64,000 bases of DNA from Callorhinchus milii (lineage: Eukaryota), in NCBI RefSeq assembly GCF_018977255.1, contig NW_024704770.1:3038001-3102000 (forward strand), read 5' to 3'. Positions 57,055 through 64,000 of the stretch are shown here, piece by piece. The position numbers and the translations under genes are program-made. The notes below the pieces were generated by a model. It ran no database searches. It was not told the origin of the DNA and saw nothing but the letters and a program-made list of their open reading frames with translations. Position 1 is the stretch's first letter. The number at the start of each line of letters is the position of its first letter.

Positions 57055-60000
57055 GAGGAACCTGACAGAGTATGTGGTGGCCGTGAATGTGAATAATCTG
57101 CTGCTGCTGTTTGCCAGTCTCCTGTGTGAGCGGCGTATCATCATCACCAGCACCAAGCTCAGCACGGTGGGGCTCTCTCTCTCTCTCACTCCCTCCCTCC
57201 CTCGCTCCCTCCCTCCCTCCCTCCCTCCCTCCCTCGCTCACTCACTCACTCCCTCCCTCCCTCGCTCACTCCCTTGCTCCCTCCCTCCCTCCCTCGCTCG
57301 CTCACTCGCTCCCTCCCTCGCTCCCTCCTCCCTCCCTCCCTCCCTCCCTCCCTCCTTCCCTCGCTCACTCCCTCCCTCCCTCGCTCACTCGCTCACTCGC
57401 TCGCATCGGCTCAATGTGGTACCGTCACTGTCTGGTGCTCTGGGACGCTCCTGCGTGAGGGCCTCTGTGTAAATGCGAGCTGTTGTTGTGGTTGTGTTAA
57501 CCCCAGTTAAACCCGTGCTGACGCCGTGTTAACCCAGTGTTTGACGCTATGTTGATGTGTTACAGTTAACGGCCTGTGTACACGGCTCGGCCTCCATGCT
57601 CTACCCCATGTACTGGCAGCACATCTACATCCCTGTGCTGCCCCCCCACCTCCTTGATTACTGCTGGTGAGTCTGAGCAGCAAACCCCACTCTCGGGCTT
57701 GTCCCCACGTCCAGAGCCTTGGGACGTCCTCCAGACGTGAAAGACACCGTACACTGTAACACTGTACTGTCTGTCACGGCCTCATCCCGTGTCCCTTGTG
57801 TTGCAGCGCTCCAATGCCTTACCTGGTCGGGGTGCACTCCAGCCTGATGGAGGTGAGTGTCCCCCCATTTCACTGTCTCCCCGTCTCTCTTGCTCTCTCT
57901 CTCGCTGTCTCCCTGTGTACTGGCCATGTCGACGTGTGTGGGTGTGTCCTACACTGTGTGTGTGTGTGTATATGTGTGTCTGACACTGTGTGTGTATATG
58001 TGTGTCTGACACTGTATGTGTGTGTCTGACACTGTGTGTGTGTCTCACACTGTGTGTGTGTCTCACACTGTGTGTGTGTGTGTCTCACACTGTGTGTGTG
58101 TGTGTCTCACACTGTGTGTGTGTGTGTCTCACACTGTGTGTGTGTCTGACACTGTATATGTGTGTCTGACACTGTGTGTGTGTGTCTCACACTGTGTGTG
58201 TGTGTCTCACACTGTGTGTGTGTCTCACACTGTGTGTGTGTGTGTGTGTCTGACACTGTATATGTGTGTCTGACACTGTGTGTGTGTGTCTCACACTGTG
58301 TGTGTGTGTCTCACACTGTGTGTGTGTGTGTGTCTCACACTGTGTGTGTGTGTGTCTCACACTGTGTGTGTGTGTGTCTCACACTGTGTGTGTGTGTCTG
58401 ACACTGTATATGTGTGTCTGACACTGTGTGTGTGTCTCACACTGTGTGTGTGTGTCTCACACTGTGTGTGTGTCTCACACTGTGTGTGTGTGTGTGTGTC
58501 TGACACTGTATATGTGTGTCTGACACTGTGTGTGTGTGTCTCACACTGTGTGTGTGTGTCTCACTGTGTGAGTGTGTGTGTGTCTCACTTCTAAACCCGG
58601 TCTTTCTCTTTACACTGTACGTCAAGGCAAAGCTTCCTCTGAAATATCCATTCTTTTGAGACGTCTCGAAGACGTGACAAGGTATCAAATGTGAGGAATT
58701 ATCTGTAGCTCAGTGGTTAGAGCACTCGCTTTGCAAGTGAGAGACCTGAGTTCAATCCCGGCAGAGGGCGAAACCTCGGGCAAGTTTCCTTACTCCACAC
58801 AGAGCCTAATAATAATCCCTCCAAAAACCAAAAACAATAATAAATCGGTCATTTTCAATCTACGACACTTTGTGGGACATTGTTGTGCGCAATTGGCTGC
58901 CGCGTTCGCCCACAAACATACAGTCAATTCACTTTACAGTGTGTTCTGTGAAGCGCTTTGGGACGTCCTCCCGACGTGCAGAGCGCTATATCAAATGCAA
59001 GGATTATTATTATTATATATTATTATTATTATCAGCACGTGAAGAGCCGAGCCCTGGAGGAGGTGGTGATCCTGAACGTGGACACCAACACACTGGAGTC
59101 GCCCTTCAATGACCTGGAGAAGTTACCGGCCGACGTGGTGAGTGACCCTGGGGGGGAGGGTGGGGGTCACCGGGGGGCCCAATAGATAACACCGGGACCC
59201 CACCCAGCAGGCATCCCTGCGACCCCAGCTCAGTCCCTCCCCCCCCTTAACCCCGCAAGCCAAAGCCCCTAACGGATAGGGTGGTCCTAGCCGGGCAAGC
59301 GGTGGGAAGCAGTGGCCAGACCGACGGAAATATCAGTGGCCGAGCTCGGTGTGGGTTTAGCTGGTTAGACTCCAGCAGTTACCCCAACGCACACTCTGGG
59401 CTCTCCCCCCCCCCACCACAAGCCTTATACCTGCGCCTAGTACTCTCCGGAATTAGGTAATTCCCTCCGGAGAGAGGGAGAGAGGGAGAGCGCATTCCAT
59501 TCCAACCACCTCTCTCTCTGGGATTTCCATGTGGAAGTGGGTGGGAGGCCTGGAATTCTCAGTTGGGTTTGGAGACTCTCTCGTTCCCTNNNNNNNNNNN
59601 NNNNNNNNNNNNNNNNNNNNNNNNNNNNNNNNNNNNNNNNNNNNNNNNNNNNNNNNNNNNNNNNNNNNNNNNNNNNNNNNNNNNNNNNNNNNNNNNNNNN
59701 NNNNNNNNNNNNNNNNNNNNNNNNNNGAAGATGAAGCTGAGGAAACAATCAGGGACCACAGGGGAGGGGGTGGCTCGGGCTTTCCTCCGTGCCCAGGCCG
59801 CTCTGTTCGGGGGCTACCAGGACGCACTCCGATTTAACCCCGTAAGTGCTGACACAGGAGGCATTAAACCGAGTGTGGGGAGGGGGTTGCATCTCTCGCT
59901 AAGGGGGTGTGAGGAGGGCAGTGGGGGGGGGCAGTGAGGAGTGGGCAGTGAGGGGGGTGAGAGGGCAGTAATGGCAGTGACTTTGCTGGTTACAGGATGA

Positions 60001-63000
60001 ACCTATAACGTTCTGTGAGGAAACGTTCATAAACCACAGAAGCAGCTCCATGAGGCAGTTTCTACAAAACGCCGTCCACCTGCAGCTCTTCAAACAGGTC
60101 AGAGACACGTTCCCTCACACTCGCTCACACCCACACCCGGTCACACCCACTCACACCCACTCACACCCACTCACACTCGCTCACACTCGTTCACACCTAC
60201 ACCCATACCCCCTCACATCCACACTCACTCACACCCACACTCGATCACAGTCCCTCACACCTGCTCACGCTCGCTCACACCCGCTCACGCTCACTCACAC
60301 TCGCTCACACCTGCTCCCCACTCACACCTCTCTCTCTCTCTCTGACTGCAGTTTATAGAGAGCCGCCTGGAGAAGCTGAATGAGGGGAAAGGGCTGACGG
60401 ACGTGTTTGAGGAAGAGATTCATCTGTGTGGCTTCTCCTCCGGTGAGAGACCTGATCCCTTCACAGCATCTCCCACTCTGTCTGTCTGTCACTCTGACTC
60501 TCGCTCTCTGTCTCTCAATCTCTGTCTCTCGCTGTCTGTCTGTCACTCTCTGTCTGTCACTCTGACTCTCGCTCTCCGTCTCAATCTCTGTCTGTTGCTC
60601 TCTGTCTGTCGCTCTCTGTCACTCTGACTCTCGCTCTCCGTCTCAATCTCTGTCTGTCGCTCTCTGTCTGTCGCTCTCTGATTCTCTGTGTCTGTTCTCA
60701 GGCTGGTCCAAGTCCTACCAGAACTGGCTGCAACACGTTAAGGTACAGAAGAGTGAGAGAGAGAGAGAGACTGCGAGTGAGAGAGAGGGAAAGAGTGAGC
60801 GAGAGAGACAGCGAGGGACAGAGGGCATGGAGGGAGATTGTGTGGTGGTGGTGGGGTGAAGTGGGGGGGTGGCATCAGTGGATTGTATGAGGGTGTGTGG
60901 GTGGACGTGAGCTGCTTGTGTGAGGGGGTTATGGGGGATGTGGAGGGTTTGACTGCTGTGGGGTGTGTATTACAGAAGGGAGGGGGGGCTTTGATGCACA
61001 CGGTCCGGTCCCGATCGCACCCCGCCGTCAGGAACATCTACAAATACGTGAGTGATGGGGCAGCGCGGTGGGCGGGGGGAGGCGGTGGGGGGGGGGCGGT
61101 GGGGAGGCTTGGGCATGCAGCCTGGTCAGGTTGGGGCGGGGCCTGCCTGGGTGGGGCCTGGCTGAGGAGGGGCCTGGCTGGGGTGGGGCGGGGCGGGGCT
61201 GTCTGTGTGGCTGACCCTCTGATCTCTTATCTCAGGCTAAAGGACAAGCCAAGCTGGGGCTGAAGGAGATGAAAAACCGACTGAAACACAAGGTGACAGA
61301 CACCACATAGCCCAACGCTCACTCACTCGCTCACTCACACTCACTCACTCACTCACTCACCCACTCACTCACACCCACTCACTCACTCATACTCACACCC
61401 ACACCCTCACACTCACCCACTCTTACTCATTCACACTCATTCACTCTTACTCACTCTTACTCAGTCATCCACTCACACTCACTCACTCACTCCTAGCTTT
61501 CCACATTCACTCCTGCTTCTTCTCACACTCACTCACACTCACTCTTGGCTTCTCACACTCACTCACTCAATCACAGTCACTCACACCCACTCACAGTCAC
61601 CCACACTCACTCACACTCACTCACACTCACTCCTGGCTGATGCTCCATGACAGCTCCCCCCCTCCACTTGCTGGTGGGGGGGAGGGAGGGTTAGGAGGGC
61701 TGATGGCTGTCAGACTGACTGTGTGTGGGGGGGGGGGGGGGGTTTGTGGGCTGACAGACAACTGACGTTGGCGATCTCTCTGCAGGACCTGGAGCGGGGG
61801 GTGCAGCGCGGAGGCTCACTGAGGTGTGAGGGGGGGGCCGGGGGGATGCAGCGGCGGATACAGTCAGACTGTTTACAGAGCCGCCTGCCCATCACACAGC
61901 ACTTTGGTCAGGTAATCACAGCGATAATAATAATATAATAATCCTCGCATTTGATACAGCGTCTTATCACGGTCAAGTGTAGTGACTGTGATTTTGTGGA
62001 CGAAAACCACCACAACGTGAGTAACCACCTCTCTCTCACTCTCTCTCTCTCCACTTGGCAGTAACCGTGTCTCTCTCTCTCTCTCTCCAGTCTCGACCCC
62101 GTCGACCAGCACGGCGCTACACCAACGTGGAGGGCTTCCAGCGGCCCCCCCCTCTCAGGTACACAACGCTTTCCTTCCTCTCCGTAAAGCCCCCCCCCAT
62201 ATCCTCTCCTCCCACCCCCCACCCCCTCACCCTCTGTCCCCACACACTCCCCGCAGTATCCAGACTTGCTGAGGGTTTCCCTGGGGCTGTCACGGATTGT
62301 CACTGTGTGTGACCGTCTCTGACTGTGACCGTGAGGGACTGAGTGTAAATATTACTGACTGTAACCGAGTGCTACTGACTGCGACTGACCTGAGTGTGAC
62401 TGTGTGTGAGGGTAAGTGTGACTGCACCGATGTACTGATGGGTGTTTACTGGTTTATTAGCGGCAGAAGGAGATGTGTTCAGTGGTTTAACACCGGCAGA
62501 ATAGGACGCGTTTCTGTTTAAAAGAGAAGTTTATTCCCAGGGAGTGGTTCTGATGGGCTGTTTCGGTTCAGACGAACATAGAATATTGCAGCACAGAAGG
62601 AGGCCATTCGGCCATCGTGCCTGTGCCTGTGTCTGCTCTTTGGAAGAGCTCTCCAACCCGGTCCCACTCCCCCTGCGCTCTCCCCATATCCTCGCTAGTT
62701 TTTTCCTCTTCAAAGTACCTATCCAATTCCCGTTTGAAAGTCAGCCTCTTCCCTCCCCCCCCCCACCATCACCCCACCTCTCCCCTCTCCCAGTCAGGGC
62801 TGAGGGATTGGATTTTTGAGTGGGAGAGGAACGGTGTTGAACGAACCCCAATCAATCATCACAATTATTTGCTTCCGTTTGTTTGTGTTGCTTTTCCACT
62901 GCAATGGAAATAAAAAGTTGTTTCCACCGACCCTTTCAGACCGTAACAACGCTGTGTGTGTGTATAAAAAATGTCTCCTCATCTCCCCTCTGGGTCTTTG

Positions 63001-63556
63001 GCCAGTTATCTTAAATCCATGTGCCCTGGTCACCGACCCACCTGCCGGAGGAAACAGTTTCTCCCCTCTCTACTCTTATCAAAACCCCCTCATCATTTTG
63101 AACCCTCTATAAAATCTCCCCTTCTCTGCTCTTAAGGAGAGCAATCCCGGCTTCTCTTAGTCTCTGCACGTAACTAAAGTCCCTCATCCCTGGCACCATC
63201 CTGTAAATCTCTGCTCCCTCTGCAAAGGCCTTGATATCCGTCCTAAACGAGTGTGTGACTGTTTGTTCGTGATTGACAGCAGTGACGTACGTGGCTGTGT
63301 GGTGATGGTGACAGTGAGTGCTATTTGCAGGGAGGGGGGCAGTGTGGATGTGACAGACGTCCCATCGCTGGAGGCGGGGGAGGAGGAGGGGGAGGAGGAG
63401 AGGGAGGAGGAGGAGCTGGAGGAGGAGGAAGACATGGACCTGCTCGGGGAGATCTTCGAGACGCTGAGCACACGAAGCTCACACGAGCGCGGAGTCCTGT
63501 ACGCCAGCCGCAGCCTGGACTGCTTCAGCCGGGACTCGGTCGAGGACATCTGTGTG
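51051..63556 (+). CDS. DENND1C: DENN domain-containing protein 1C-like (connecdenn family, Rab35 GEF), 3' incomplete. Exons 51051-51067, 52598-52661, 53733-53776, 54077-54126, 54698-54817, 55043-55112, 55228-55308, 55748/55751-55816, 56757-56810, 57056-57166, 57566-57666, 57807-57852, 59036-59137, (gap)59727-59841, 59996-60097, 60352-60442, 60702-60742, 60976-61047, 61236-61292, 61786-61911, 62091-62158, 63331-63556
   Basis: Start MGSRIK; DENN motifs [62 protein letters not shown]; 1C-type segments FEWFFEA and QRGGSLR...RLPITQHFG. The exon 1/2 junction is 1 nt short. Confidence 0.9.
52235..52592 (+). mobile_element. tRNA-derived SINE whose tail abuts the DENND1C exon 2 acceptor
   Basis: Family match; (TTA)n runs directly into TTTCAG. 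Confidence 0.8.
52735..52845. repeat. Palindromic (hairpin) repeat element
   Basis: ACACTCAGCAGATCAGGCAGCATCTATGGAGAGA pairs with TCTCTCCGTAGACGCTGCCTGACCTGCTGAGTGT. Confidence 0.75.
54840..55025 (+). repeat. 31-bp minisatellite (~6 copies)
   Basis: Unit GTGTGCTGACGTGGGCCAGCGTGTGTTTGGC. Confidence 0.85.
55866..56175 (+). repeat. 32-bp near-perfect minisatellite (~9.5 copies)
   Basis: Unit CCTCCTAACCCAGTAACCAGCCCGGCCCCCAA. Confidence 0.95.
57950..58590 (+). repeat. Compound (TG)n satellite punctuated by TCTCACAC/TCTGACAC
   Basis: Directly visible in the sequence. Confidence 0.9.
58703..59032 (+). mobile_element. tRNA-derived SINE whose tail abuts a DENND1C acceptor
   Basis: Family match; (TTA)n followed by TCAG at 59035. 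Confidence 0.8.
62575..63245 (-). mobile_element. CR1-like LINE 3' fragments
   Basis: CR1-type end; [21 protein letters not shown] translation; similar to 50340-50730. Confidence 0.65.
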
Positions 63557-64000
63557 GTGAGTCGCTCCCAGACACACATCATTCGCACACACACACACAC
63601 ACACACACACACGTACGTACATACACTCCCACCCTACACCCCAAGTCACACACATACACCCCACCCCAATATACCCCACTCCAGCCAGACGCCACGTTAC
63701 ACCTGCCTCCCACCCCCCCGCCCCCCACACAGACACTTCCCCTTCACATACACACATCACACATATAACACAACGCTCCTCAAACCAGATACACCCACCC
63801 ACCCCCCCCCCAACACACGCGCACCCCCCAGACACTACTGCCAAACACAGACAGATCGCCCCAAACACCCCCAGACACTACCCCCAAACACAGACAGCCA
63901 CCCACCCTCGCTGTGAGTGTGTTGTGTTCCGCACTGGCCCCCAAGACCACCACATAAACACAAGCTGCTGCTGTTGTTGTTGTTGTTTGCTGACCAGTGT

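Overview
Repeat-rich vertebrate genomic DNA. The SINE/L2/CR1 content and compact GC-rich introns suggest a cartilaginous fish (inference). I reconstructed six spliced genes by hand from GT-AG junctions and phase continuity: (1) the 3' half of a type I keratin (+, 115-3346); (2) a complete type I keratin (-, 5924-13080, 423 aa), convergent with gene 1; (3) a third type I keratin (-, 23146-30779) with a ~380-aa Thr-rich tail carrying ~15 DTQTVTLP repeats and an apparent 1-nt frameshift in exon 1; (4) an R4-class RGS5/RGS16-like gene (-, 35862-38191, 182 aa); (5) a class IV-like beta-tubulin (-, 41260-47422, 444 aa, partly N-masked); (6) a DENND1C-like gene (+, from 51051, continuing past the window). 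The most interesting observations are the repeat-tailed keratin, the micro-exon-built tails and apparent gene conversion in keratins 1 and 2, keratin and RGS genes beside the TUBB4/DENND1C pair, and retroelement tails sitting directly at splice acceptors. Most entries in the ORF track come from repeats and are not genes.
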